This document shows positions 19,901 to 29,200 of a DNA stretch of 64,000 nucleotides, piece after piece. How positions within the stretch are numbered: position 1 is the stretch's first letter; each line of letters begins with the position of its first letter. This DNA comes from Sandaracinus sp. (GTDB lineage Bacteria; Myxococcota_A; Polyangia; Polyangiales; Houyiibacteriaceae): positions 27,680 through 91,679 of the forward strand of contig JACKEH010000009.1 in assembly GCA_020633125.1 (NCBI GenBank), in the 5' to 3' direction. The notes under the pieces were generated by a model. That model worked only from the letters and a program-made list of their open reading frames with translations, was not told the DNA's origin and made no database searches. The position numbers and the translations under genes were made by a program.

Positions 19901-20304
19901 TCGCGCGCATTCGCGGGCCCCACGCGGGGACGCTCGTGACGCTCGAGACCGGGTTGCACCGCTACCTCGGCGTGGCGCCGCGCACGAGCGGTTCGCATCA
20001 CCGCATCACGCTCCTCGCGCTGCGCGACACGATTCGCGAGGGCGAGTGGAAACATGCCGCGCTCCAACCCGGCGCACCTCCCGCACCCGACAAGGCGTTG
20101 AAGCAGCAATGCCGACGTTGGACGGATGAGCGTCCTGGCCAGAAGCTGCCGCCCGACTACATCCCGGTGCCGCTGACGGACTATTGGCTGCCGCACAGCT
20201 ACGACGAGCTTGCGCTTCGCGAGCTGCTCGCCTCGGAAGACCCGGACGTGTTGTTCACGGGCGCCGCGTTCGGCGACGAGGAGGATGAGGAGGACGAGCG
20301 ATGA
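16918..20304 (+). CDS. ClpA/ClpC-like double-AAA+ ATPase, paralogue 1 (novel N-terminal module, decayed D1, intact D2, release-factor-like C-terminal domain)
   Basis: GTG start preceded by AGGAGG. D1: LLVGPERVGKSDV with FSDL at the Walker B position. D2: FLFAGPTGVGKTELARAL, SVILLDEIEKAHPSVFDLLLQV, ILTSNLGA and YGARALRR. About 350 aa lie C-terminal of D2. Confidence 0.85.
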   Translation: MRLSPEGLLPSRAVTLAIDTLAVLDELPDGTCVAYPVVEPQHVAVGSEGDVLAELRLFLADELASAPPHRIARYALPESAAAQTMEIRLPELELPERMRADASVPMTAIVIPHEGASWVLVPALRHVVYVSKGEALESTAIHEIERHLRAHAPNAAERLALLPPADTRVVPLRLLVDREGEAARGVARQKELLEARRRKEALAVLESVGTPLHALPDGPPVVGREDVVQTMHGLLGGRERRSVLLVGPERVGKSDVLRAWLRGPGRGRRAFATSGAQLMAGMSGLGQWQERLRRVVAAAEELDALLVFSDLTDLFDQTGKGNVDLPAALKPALEEGRVRVVGELTEAAADRLLGRHEGFFQSFQTVLVPTTDRKHGRRLLEARAAHAVEQGRPTVDEGALDAMLALAERYLAYRVFPGKAAELFDDVVAAFERPGVAAVDLDVVRASDVFRHFATTSGIPEALLRDDRALEPDRLRARFEARMVGQHAAVSAVVDTLCVVKAALAPGDKPLATFLFAGPTGVGKTELARALAEILYGADDRLVRFDMSEYADAWSARRLVDGDDGGDGLLTRKVREQPFSVILLDEIEKAHPSVFDLLLQVTGEGRLTDGRGRTAHFHNAILILTSNLGASHGARTLGIDARASADDPMDAIRKHFRPELVGRLDRVIPFLALGPEEIAHVTRLTVERVVQRRGLRDRGVALEVSEDALRVLATGGYDAVYGARALRRHVESALVSPLGDLLSSVGRVAAGSTVFVRSEDASPAEGARFQRASHGLVLELVVGETKVARADLRGLGDATTLRRDLAKWMATPAVEQVAEEVRSTLVQLAMPRSKAELARAGAELAHLQRELHRMGKPWEELQRRQNEVLELEELCFAAWLEGDTDGTLASWAEELPELRHRVRMALLATLVERTPRHAITVLCEELDEGRSLDGWLGPLLGDLGRRGWSATFHLHKDSTPSGEPWPTDRSFGPPRDADWMKAWLARPVRDRAIVLARIRGPHAGTLVTLETGLHRYLGVAPRTSGSHHRITLLALRDTIREGEWKHAALQPGAPPAPDKALKQQCRRWTDERPGQKLPPDYIPVPLTDYWLPHSYDELALRELLASEDPDVLFTGAAFGDEEDEEDER

Positions 20305-23300
20305 ACCTGCTCGTGCCGATCTTTCAACGCAAAGCCGCCGGCTACCTGCATTGGACGCCGCTCGCGGTCGGTCTGACGCTCGAGCCCAAACGTTTCGTGA
20401 GCGAGACGAAGCTTCGCGAGCACCTCGGCCGCGACCTCGAGTCCGCGCTCGTGAAGGCGCCCCCGAACGCGGTGACCACGCTCGGTTCCCCACGCAGCGT
20501 CTCTCTCGAACGGGTTCGTCTCGAGCTGAAGCTCGAAGGCTCCCACGGGCGCCGAAAGAAGACGGGCGTGTTCCCCGTGGTGCTCGACGCACGCCGACTC
20601 CCCGACCGACGCCGCCGCGTGCTCGCGTACCACCCGTTGCGGCAGAACGAGGTGATCGTCGTCGACGAAGAGAAGCCGCTCGCCGCACAGATCGGCGCGC
20701 TCTTCGGCCACACCTGGGGCGAGCTCGACGACGAGGCCCTGACCGCGCTCGAGCTGCAGGCGCGCGACGCGCTTCGCACGATCCCGGTGTCGGTTCGCCC
20801 GACCTCGGTGCTCGACCGTGCGGGCAAGAAGGAGAACCTCTTCGACGACCTCCGCACGGAGTCGGAGAAGGCGCGCCGCAAAGGCCGCGGCTCGCTCGCG
20901 GTCTTGCACGAGATCGGCATCGACCTCGGCGCACGTGCGGGTGGGATCGTCGGGGGCAACGAAGGCGCGGCGGCGGGCTTCGACGTCGGCCGTCCTCGCG
21001 AACCGCTTCGCACGCAGCTCCAACAGATGCTGGTGACGCCGAAGAAACGTTCGTTCGTGCTCCTCGGCGCGCCGGGCGCGGGCAAACGCACCGCGTTGCG
21101 ACGAGGGGTGCTCGATCTCGTCGAAGCCGAAGGCTACGCGACGCACCGCGACCTCGAGCGCACCACGCGCGTCTTCTCGATGGCGGGCAGCCGGCTCATC
21201 GCCGGCATGTCGCGGGTCGGCGAGTGGGAGGAGCGCGCGCTCGAGGTGGTGGCGGCGGGTCGCGGTCGTGGGCTCGTGCTCGTGGTCGAGGACCTTCACA
21301 CCTTCGGACGCGTCGGCCGCAGCCGCGACAGCGAGCGCTGCTTGGCGGACGTGTTGCGAGGTCCGGTCGAGCGCGGCGAGCTCGTGCTGACGGGCTCGTG
21401 CACGGCCGCGCAATGGACCCGGCTCGAAGAAGACGCGCCGGGCTTCGCGGCCCTCTTCGCCCGTATCCCGGTGCAAGCGGCCAGCGCGGACGAGACGCTG
21501 CGCATGTTGCTGCACGAGGGCCGCAAGCTCGAAGCCGAGCACACGGTGCATTTCGCGCCGACGGCCTACCGAACGATCCTCGAACAGTCGCAGGCGCTCT
21601 TTCCCGAGCGCGCCCTCCCCGGCAAGGCGCTCGACCTGCTTCGCGCCTTCGACGCGGGGAACGTGAGCAGCCAAGAGGTGCTCGAGCGACTGGTCACCAC
21701 CACGGGTCTGCCGGAAGAGCTCCTCGATCCGAGCGGGACGCTCTCGCTCGACGAGGTCGTCTCGGAGCTCGCGGACGAGGTCGTCGGCCAAGGCGACGCG
21801 GTGCGCAGCGTGGCGGAGCTCGCGCTTCGCATTCGCACCGGCCTCGTCGATCCGCGGCGCCCCTACGGCACGTTCCTCTTCACCGGACCGACGGGCACCG
21901 GCAAGACGCAGCTCGCCAAGACGCTCGCGCGTTACCTCTACGGCGACGACGACCGACTCGTTCGTTTCGACATGGGCGAGCTCTCGGGCCCCGACGCCGT
22001 GCCGCGACTCATCGGCCACCGCGGTCGGCCCCGCGGCATGCTCACCGAAGCGGTCCGTCAGCGGCCCTTCGCCGTGTTGCTCCTCGACGAGATCGAGAAG
22101 GCCCACCCCTCCGTCCTCTACCTGCTCCTGCAGCTCCTCGACGACGGGCGGCTCACCGACGCGGCCGGCGACCGCGTGAGCTTCTCGCATTGCGTCGTCA
22201 TCATGACCTCGAACCTCGGCGCGCGAACGCGTCCCGCGGTGGGCTTCGGCGCGCCGAGCGAGCAGAGCCGCATGGCCGAGGTCACACGCGCGGTGAAGGA
22301 CTTCTTTCCGCCCGAGCTCTTCAACCGCATCGACCGCGTGGTGCCCTTCTCGCCGCTGGACGCCGAGAGCGCACGTTCGATCGCGGTGCGTGAGCTCGAG
22401 GCGTTGCTCGGTCGTCGAGGGCTCACCGACCGCAACGTCTTCGTGCGCCCCCACGCCAGCGCCGTCGACCGTCTGGTCGCCGAAGCCTTCGACGAACGCG
22501 CCGGCGCGCGCAGCGTGCGCCGCTACCTCGAGACGCACGTCGCCTCGTTGCTCGCGGAGCACCTCGCCTCGACGGTGCGTCCGGAGCTCGAGGTGATTCA
22601 GCTCTTCGACCGCGCGGGTCGGTTCACGCTTTCGTCCGATGCGTTGCGCGAAGCCCCGCCGCTCGCGGGTGACTCCGCGCTGCGCCCGCTGCTCGACGTG
22701 TCGATGCAAGCGCTCGTCGAACGGATCCCGGACGCGCTCGCGGCCCTCGACGACGCGGTCGCGTCCGGAGCGCTCGACTCGCTCGGCACGCGGATTCGGG
22801 ACCACCTCGCGCGTGCGTCGGGATCGGTGGCGGACGCCGACGCGCTCTTCGATCTCGAGCGGCTTCGCGGGGAGGTCGAGCGCGCACGCGAGGCGCTCGA
22901 GGCCCTCGCGCATCGTGATCAACTCAGCGCGGAGGCCGAGCTCGAGCTCGCGACCGGTGCCTGGGGAACGCTCGCAGACCGCGACCGCGACGGCGCCAAA
23001 CGGCGCGTGCGCTTGCTCGACCGCCGCATGCTTCGTTCGGCCGCGATTCCCGTCGGAAAACGCGCGCTGCTGCAGTGGCACGCGACGGCGATGCACCTCG
23101 CGCGCGAGCTTCGCTCGGCCGAGCACGACCCGGCGCGTCATCGCGTGCAGGTCGAGCTCTTGCGTGTGGGCGTCGGGCGCGGCGCGAAGGCGCTCGGGCT
23201 CTTCGGCGCGTTGACGCGGCACTACGTCGAGCTCGGCCGCGAGCTCGTGGGACACGCGGCGTTGGTTCGTGGGGAGGTGCGTGAAGGCGACCTCGCCGGC

Positions 23301-23744
23301 CTGCTCGATCTGGGCCCCGAGATGGTGGTGCTCGAGCTCCACGGCATCGGCGTGCGTGGGCTCTTCGAGCGCGACGAGGGGTGCCACGTCTTCTCGCACG
23401 CGGATGGCAGCTCGGAGATCGTGCGCGTGCGTGTGCTCGACGCAGACCTGCCGCCCGACCGTCGCATCGCCACACACCTCGAAGCGCGTCTCGCGCTCGA
23501 AGCCGCGGTGGCCGGAACGGGCGCGCTTCCCGAGGACGCGCGAGGCGACGCACGCGGCCCCGACGCGCTCGCTCCCGTCGTGCGGCGCTACTACGGCGAC
23601 CTCGTCCGAGGTCACGGCGCGAGCACGGCCTTCACGGTCGAGGACCACCGCATGACGCACGTCGAAGCCGCCGAGGTGCGCGCGCTCGAAGAGCTGCTGG
23701 CGCCCTTCACTTGGCTGGCCATGGGCTGGCAGGAGGAGGCGTGA
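20301..23744 (+). CDS. ClpA/ClpC-like double-AAA+ ATPase, paralogue 2 (same architecture as paralogue 1)
   Basis: ATGA overlap with the upstream gene. D1: LLGAPGAGKRTAL with VVEDLH. D2: FLFTGPTGTGKTQLAKTL, AVLLLDEIEKAHPSVLYLLLQL, IMTSNLGA, a VGF loop and AGARSVRR. About 400 aa lie C-terminal of D2. Confidence 0.85.
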   Translation: MNLLVPIFQRKAAGYLHWTPLAVGLTLEPKRFVSETKLREHLGRDLESALVKAPPNAVTTLGSPRSVSLERVRLELKLEGSHGRRKKTGVFPVVLDARRLPDRRRRVLAYHPLRQNEVIVVDEEKPLAAQIGALFGHTWGELDDEALTALELQARDALRTIPVSVRPTSVLDRAGKKENLFDDLRTESEKARRKGRGSLAVLHEIGIDLGARAGGIVGGNEGAAAGFDVGRPREPLRTQLQQMLVTPKKRSFVLLGAPGAGKRTALRRGVLDLVEAEGYATHRDLERTTRVFSMAGSRLIAGMSRVGEWEERALEVVAAGRGRGLVLVVEDLHTFGRVGRSRDSERCLADVLRGPVERGELVLTGSCTAAQWTRLEEDAPGFAALFARIPVQAASADETLRMLLHEGRKLEAEHTVHFAPTAYRTILEQSQALFPERALPGKALDLLRAFDAGNVSSQEVLERLVTTTGLPEELLDPSGTLSLDEVVSELADEVVGQGDAVRSVAELALRIRTGLVDPRRPYGTFLFTGPTGTGKTQLAKTLARYLYGDDDRLVRFDMGELSGPDAVPRLIGHRGRPRGMLTEAVRQRPFAVLLLDEIEKAHPSVLYLLLQLLDDGRLTDAAGDRVSFSHCVVIMTSNLGARTRPAVGFGAPSEQSRMAEVTRAVKDFFPPELFNRIDRVVPFSPLDAESARSIAVRELEALLGRRGLTDRNVFVRPHASAVDRLVAEAFDERAGARSVRRYLETHVASLLAEHLASTVRPELEVIQLFDRAGRFTLSSDALREAPPLAGDSALRPLLDVSMQALVERIPDALAALDDAVASGALDSLGTRIRDHLARASGSVADADALFDLERLRGEVERAREALEALAHRDQLSAEAELELATGAWGTLADRDRDGAKRRVRLLDRRMLRSAAIPVGKRALLQWHATAMHLARELRSAEHDPARHRVQVELLRVGVGRGAKALGLFGALTRHYVELGRELVGHAALVRGEVREGDLAGLLDLGPEMVVLELHGIGVRGLFERDEGCHVFSHADGSSEIVRVRVLDADLPPDRRIATHLEARLALEAAVAGTGALPEDARGDARGPDALAPVVRRYYGDLVRGHGASTAFTVEDHRMTHVEAAEVRALEELLAPFTWLAMGWQEEA

Positions 23745-26014
23745 TGGCGCAGGCCGCACGAAGCTTCCGTGTCTATTTCGTCGCGCACGCCGACGGGAAA
23801 CACACCGGTCTGTTGGTTCGTCGCTATTCGAGCCTCTTCGATGGACCACCCCCGAGCGCCTACGGATCCGACGAAGCGTCGGTGCTGCGGCAGCTCGAGC
23901 TCGACCTGCGCCTCCGCCTCTCGCGAAACCCGGGAGAGCTCGACCGCTACCTGTGGTCGGAGGCGTTCGAGACGCGGACCGTCTCGCTCACCGTCAGCCC
24001 CGCGAGCGTGGTCGACAAGCAGCCCGTCATCGCCAAGCGCGAGATGCCGCTGCGACTCACGTACGCGTGGTGCAAGGCGCAAGATGGCTCGTACCGGGTG
24101 ATGCTGCCGCGCTTCGATTGGTGGCTGATCCTCGAAGACCTGCAGACCGCGAAGGGCGCGCTCGAGCACGCGATCTCCGGCGCGCTCCTCGGCGCCGAGC
24201 CGGCATGGCTCTACGATTTTCGACGGGAAGGCGAGGAGCACGTCGTGGCGTGGGAGCCCGCGCTCTTGCGTGAGGTGAAGGTCAGCGCCGACGCGCCGAA
24301 GGAGACCGACGAGCGGAAGGTGCTCGCGCAGGTCGCCGACGATTGGGTCGGGCGCGCGAGCAAAGGAAAGCTGCCGCGCCCGGTGGGGGAGCCGCGCGTG
24401 AAGTCGTCGTGGCTGCCGGCGATCTCGCAGGACCCGAGCCGTCCGCTTCGTTCCTTGCTCTTCGTCGGTGACTCGGGTGTCGGCAAGACGACCGAGGTGC
24501 GGCACGTCGCGCATGCGCTGCTCGCGCTCGGGCGCGAACGAAAGAACACCCGTTCCCCCGGCCTCTTCGCGACGAGCGCCGAGCGCCTGCTGGCCGGCAT
24601 GATCTACCTCGGCATGTGGCAAGAGCGGGTGCTCGCGCTCGTCGACGAGCTCTCGGGCGACCGCGACTTCCTCTACGTCGACCGGCTGCTGCCCCTGCTC
24701 GCGCCCCAAGCCGACGGCGCGTCGATCGCGAGCTTGCTCGGTGGCCCGATGGCCGAAGGCGAGATCACGCTCGTGGCCGAATGCACGCGCCAAGAGCTCG
24801 CCGAAGCGCGACGCCGCGACGCCGCCTTCGTCGATCATTTCGTGACGATTCCGATGCGCGAGCCGAGCCTCGCGGCGCTCCTGCCCAACCTTCGCGCCTT
24901 CGCCGACCGCGGAAAGAAGTCGCTGCATCCGCGCGCGATTCGGCGCGCGGCCGAGCTGCTCGCGACCTACCGACGAGACCGCAGCTTTCCCGGAAAGGCG
25001 TACCGATTCCTGGAAGCGCTCGAGGCCGACGACGCGACGCCCTCGACCGTGTACGCGCCCGATGTCGAAGCCGCGTTCGCGCGCACGACCGGGTTGCCGC
25101 TGGAGCTCGTGAGCGACGCGACGCCCGCGGGCGTGCAGACCGTGGCGGGCCGTCTTCGCGAAGGCGTGATCGGCCAAGACTCCGCATGCGAAGCGGCCGC
25201 GCGCGCCATCGCGCCCTTCAAGGCGGGTCTCGGCCCACCGGACCGGCCGCTGGCGGTCTTGCTCTTCGCGGGCCCCACCGGAGTCGGCAAGACGGAGCTC
25301 GCGAAGCGCATCGCGGGTTACCTCTTCGGCGACGACAAACGCATGGTCCGCGTCGACATGAGCGAGCTGTCGACGCCCGGCAGCGCGTCGCGCTTGGTGG
25401 CGACGGGGCGCGGCGTGCGAAGCCTCGCCGAGAGCGTTCGACGCGAGCCGCTCGCGGTCGTGCTCTTCGACGAGGTGGAGAAGGCACACCCGGAGGTCTT
25501 CGACCTCTTGCTCGGTGTGCTCGGCGAAGGTCGCATGACCGACGACTCCGGACGTTTCGTCGACTTCCGGATGACCTTCGTGATCATGACGTCGAACCTC
25601 GGCGCGCGAGACCGCGACCCCGTCGGCTTCGACGGCCGCACGAGCGACGCGGACTACCTGCGCGCGGTGCGCGAGGCGTTTCGACCCGAGCTCCTCGGGC
25701 GCATCGACCAGGTCGTTCCCTTTGCCTCCCTTCGACCGGATGCGGTCAGGCGCATCGTCGACTTGCAGCTCGCGGGCATCGCGAAGCGCGAAGGCTTCAC
25801 GCGACGCGGCATCGCGCTTCGGGTCAGCGAAGCGGCGCGTGATCGCCTGGCGGAGCTCGGCTACGAGCCGCGCTACGGCGCGCGTCCGCTCAAGCGCGTG
25901 CTCGAAGGTCGCGTGGTGACGCCGCTCGCGGCGAAGCTGGCGGCCGACCCCGCGCTCCGGCATCGCACGTTGCGGGTCGGCGCCGAGGGCGAGGACGCCG
26001 ACGTTCACGTCTGA
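23744..26014 (+). CDS. ClpA/ClpC-like double-AAA+ ATPase, paralogue 3 (no C-terminal extension)
   Basis: ATG 23744 overlaps the upstream TGA (gTGATG). D1: LLFVGDSGVGKTTEV with YVDRL. D2: LLFAGPTGVGKTELAKRI, AVVLFDEVEKAHPEVFDLLLGV, IMTSNLGA, a VGF loop and YGARPLKR. Confidence 0.85.
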   Translation: MAQAARSFRVYFVAHADGKHTGLLVRRYSSLFDGPPPSAYGSDEASVLRQLELDLRLRLSRNPGELDRYLWSEAFETRTVSLTVSPASVVDKQPVIAKREMPLRLTYAWCKAQDGSYRVMLPRFDWWLILEDLQTAKGALEHAISGALLGAEPAWLYDFRREGEEHVVAWEPALLREVKVSADAPKETDERKVLAQVADDWVGRASKGKLPRPVGEPRVKSSWLPAISQDPSRPLRSLLFVGDSGVGKTTEVRHVAHALLALGRERKNTRSPGLFATSAERLLAGMIYLGMWQERVLALVDELSGDRDFLYVDRLLPLLAPQADGASIASLLGGPMAEGEITLVAECTRQELAEARRRDAAFVDHFVTIPMREPSLAALLPNLRAFADRGKKSLHPRAIRRAAELLATYRRDRSFPGKAYRFLEALEADDATPSTVYAPDVEAAFARTTGLPLELVSDATPAGVQTVAGRLREGVIGQDSACEAAARAIAPFKAGLGPPDRPLAVLLFAGPTGVGKTELAKRIAGYLFGDDKRMVRVDMSELSTPGSASRLVATGRGVRSLAESVRREPLAVVLFDEVEKAHPEVFDLLLGVLGEGRMTDDSGRFVDFRMTFVIMTSNLGARDRDPVGFDGRTSDADYLRAVREAFRPELLGRIDQVVPFASLRPDAVRRIVDLQLAGIAKREGFTRRGIALRVSEAARDRLAELGYEPRYGARPLKRVLEGRVVTPLAAKLAADPALRHRTLRVGAEGEDADVHV

Positions 26015-26107
26015 GAGCGGCCCCCTTGCACGGATTCGATCCGTGCGAGTGCAGGGCTGCTCTGTGGGAGCGGGCCCCCATCCGGCTTTGTCGGGGCTGC
26101 CCGCACC
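26012..26107 (+). repeat. copy A of a ~100-nt intergenic element containing the perfect palindrome GCACGGATTCGATCCGTGC
   Basis: Starts at the stop codon of the upstream gene (cTGAGAGCGgccc..). The palindrome is at 26028-26046, followed by GTGGGAGcGGGCCCCcATCCGGCTTtGtCGG. An inverted second copy lies at 62041-62157. Confidence 0.6.
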
Positions 26108-26200
26108 ACTCTGCCTCGGAGCAACGGATTCTCCGAGCACGCGAATCGCACGACGCGCGTGCTCCGCCACGCACGCTGCGAGTCCGCGCGAGCGCGCAGC

Positions 26201-29200
26201 TCACTGCACGCGAAGCGTCTGCTCCGGCGTGCGCGCCACGACCGATCCGCCCGCGTCTTCGAGCTCGGCGGGTGGCAAACGCACCGTGCCCGCCAGACGC
26301 GCCACGAGCGCCAACGTCAGGTCCGCTGCGCCGTCGCCGAGCGCCACGACGAGCTCGTCGTCTTCCATCCAGGCGGCCTCGACGCGTGGATGCGCGCGCA
26401 GGGGCTCCAGCAGCACGTCGATCCCGCTCGGAAGGACTTGGCGCAAGGTGCGCGGCCCTTCGCCGGGTAGCCGCAAGACCGCGTTCGTCGGCGCGCCCAC
26501 GGCGAGCTCGTCGGGCAGACGTCGCGTCATCGCGGCGTTCTCGTCTCGCGTCGCGCGCTCGTCCCACACGAGGTGCGAGAGCTCGACACGGGCCTCCTGC
26601 GGCCCCGACCAACGCACCTTCACGCGATGCGTACCGGGCGCGAGCGCGAGCTCCCGAGCGCGAAGCGCGAGCGCCGCGGCCCACAGGTCCTCGCTCGACA
26701 CTTCGATGCGCTCGACGACCTCGCCGTCCACCTCGACTTCGAGCGTTCCGTCGCCTTCCGGCACCGGCCGAAGGCGCGCGAGTGCCCGCAACGCGTGAGC
26801 CGTTCCGCGTCCGCCGTGCGCGCTATCCCAGCTGTTGCGAGTCGAGAGGAGAAAGCGCGCCGCCGACGGCGCGACACGCTCGAAGCGACGCGGCGCGACG
26901 TCCTCGAGGACCTCCAGCGCGACGTCCACCGCCGCGACGTGCCCGGCCCACGCGTCGAGCCATTGCGGCTCGAAGTGCGTGAGGTTTCGAAGGTCGACCA
27001 GCCGCTCCGCCGCGCGAGCGACGAGGTTTCGGTAGCTCGAGGCATCGAGCGCGTGAAGAAACGCCGTGCAGTGACCGAGCACGCGCGGGTCGGTTCCGGG
27101 TTGCTCGAGCTCGGCGGTGCAGAGCACCCGCCACGCGAGCATCGCCTCGTGCTGATCGCGGCGCGGGCGAACCTTCACGACCGCGTGCGCGGCTTGGGCG
27201 GCCAGCGCGCGACGCTCGAGCTCGCTCTGACCGCGCCACGCCGCCATCGACCGCACGTCGAGGAATCCGTGGTCGTCCGCGGCGGCGAGCACGTAGTCGC
27301 GCGCGGAGAGCACCGCGCTCTCGGGCACCATCGCGCCGATCGCGTTCAAGGCCGAGAGCGCCTCGAGCGCCATCACCGAGACGTAGGGATCGCTGCGCCG
27401 CCCCGCGTCACGGGCAAAGCGGTTTCCGACGCCACCGTCGGCGTTCTGCGCGCTCACGAGCGCGAGCGCGAGCCGATCGAGACGCACGCGCAACGCCGCG
27501 CGCGCACGCTCGTTCAGCTGCCCCGTTTGTTCCAGGTAGCGCCACACCGCCGCGGCGCCGAGCGCGCGATGGGCCGCGCTGGCCGGGCCATCCGTCTCAC
27601 CTTCGAACGCGTCCAAGCCTTGAAGCAAGGGCACGCCGTTCGGCAGCGTCACCTCGAGGCGCACCACCTCGTAGCGCTCGGACGACACCGTGACCTCCGT
27701 CTGCACGTCGCGACCTTCGCGCGAGGTGCCGAAGGCACGACGCACGCTCGGCTCGCCGCGCGGCCGAACACGCACCGCGCGGCGCTCGACGTCGACGAAG
27801 TCGTCGGCCCGCGCGCTCGCCTCGAACGACGCCTCGCCTGCACGACGTGCATGCACCGTGAAGGTCGTCGCGACGGCGCCGTTTGCCGGCAGGTCGAGCG
27901 TCGCGGCCTCGCCTTCGACCGCGAGCGCTTCGCTGCGAAGGTCCAGCCGCGCCCGCACCGGCGTGTCCCCGAGGTTGCGCGCGACGACCGGCACCTCGAC
28001 CACGTCGCCGACGCCGAGCGTGGCGGGCACCTCGGCGCGCACCTGCAGGCGCTGCCGCACTGGGATGGTGGCGCGGGCGGTCGCGATGCCGCCTTCGCGA
28101 TCGGAGGCCACCACGGTGAGCGTCTGTTCGGTCAGCGTGTCGGGCAGCTCGGCATGCAGCCGCAACGTGCCGTTCTCGGCCACGAGCGTCGGCTCCCAGA
28201 GGCTCGTCTCCGCGAAATCCGTTCGAAGGACGATCGTCGTCGGCGCCGCGCGCGGGGTGCTCGGGCGACGTCCTCGAAAGCCTCCTGCACCACGTCCGTA
28301 GCCCGAGCCGGTTCCGCCCCCCGCGCCGTGTCCGATGGTGCCGAGGTTGCCGAGGCCGATGGTCCCTTCGCCCGTGCCTCCACCGCCCATGCCCGTGCCC
28401 GTCAGGCCCAACCCACCGAAGCCGAAGTTTTCGCCGATCGAATCGCCCATGAGCGCACCGAGCGCTCCCATCGGGTCGTTGCCGAGCGCGGTGCCGCTTC
28501 CGTAGCCACCGCCTCGACGCCGCGGCGGCGGCGGTCGACGGCCGTCGTGGTAGCCGAAGTTCGGCGGCCATCCGATGTCGTAGCGCTCGACGCCCCACGT
28601 GCGCGCGACCACCGGCCACGTGAGGGTCTGCGCACCGGTGCTCGCCAGCACCTTTCGCTCCGCGTTGTAGAAACGATCCCGCGGCGCGCGCTCGAGCGGA
28701 TCGAGCAACGCGAGCACCGCGGAGTCGACCACGCTGGCACCGACGAGCGCTTCGCGTGCTTGCCCGTCGCGGACGACACGAACCTCCGCGTCGATTCGCT
28801 CGCCCGGCGCAGCGGATTCGGGCAACCCGCCGAGCGTCACTTCGAGGCGCTGGCCCGGTTGCACCACGAGGTTCTGTCCGTCCGTGAGCAATCCGACGTC
28901 GGCCCCGCGCCGCCCCACCGTGAAGAGCGTGAGCAACATCGAGCCCCAGCTCGTCGCGTTCACGGTCGCACGCGCCAGAGGTTCGTCCCCGCCGCGTTCG
29001 ACCGGCACGAGGAACGAGTCGACGATCGCGCCCGAGCTGTCGACCACGTCTGCGTGCACGACCTCTTCGTTCGGCACGACGTCGCGGGGGAAACGCACCA
29101 ACACTTCGAAGGGTTCGCCCTCCGCGATCACGGTGTGCTCGACGGACGAGCGCATCGGAAGCACGGCTCCTCGCGGCAGGTTCGCGCGCGCGACGTCCTC

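Noticed and set aside
26108-26200. Additional hairpins (CTCGGAG..CTCCGAG at 26115-26137; GCACGCG..CGCGTGC at about 26138-26165) as separate RNA genes.
   Set aside because: They lie between convergent genes and are most simply explained as terminator or REP-like structure. No second copy was seen in the window.
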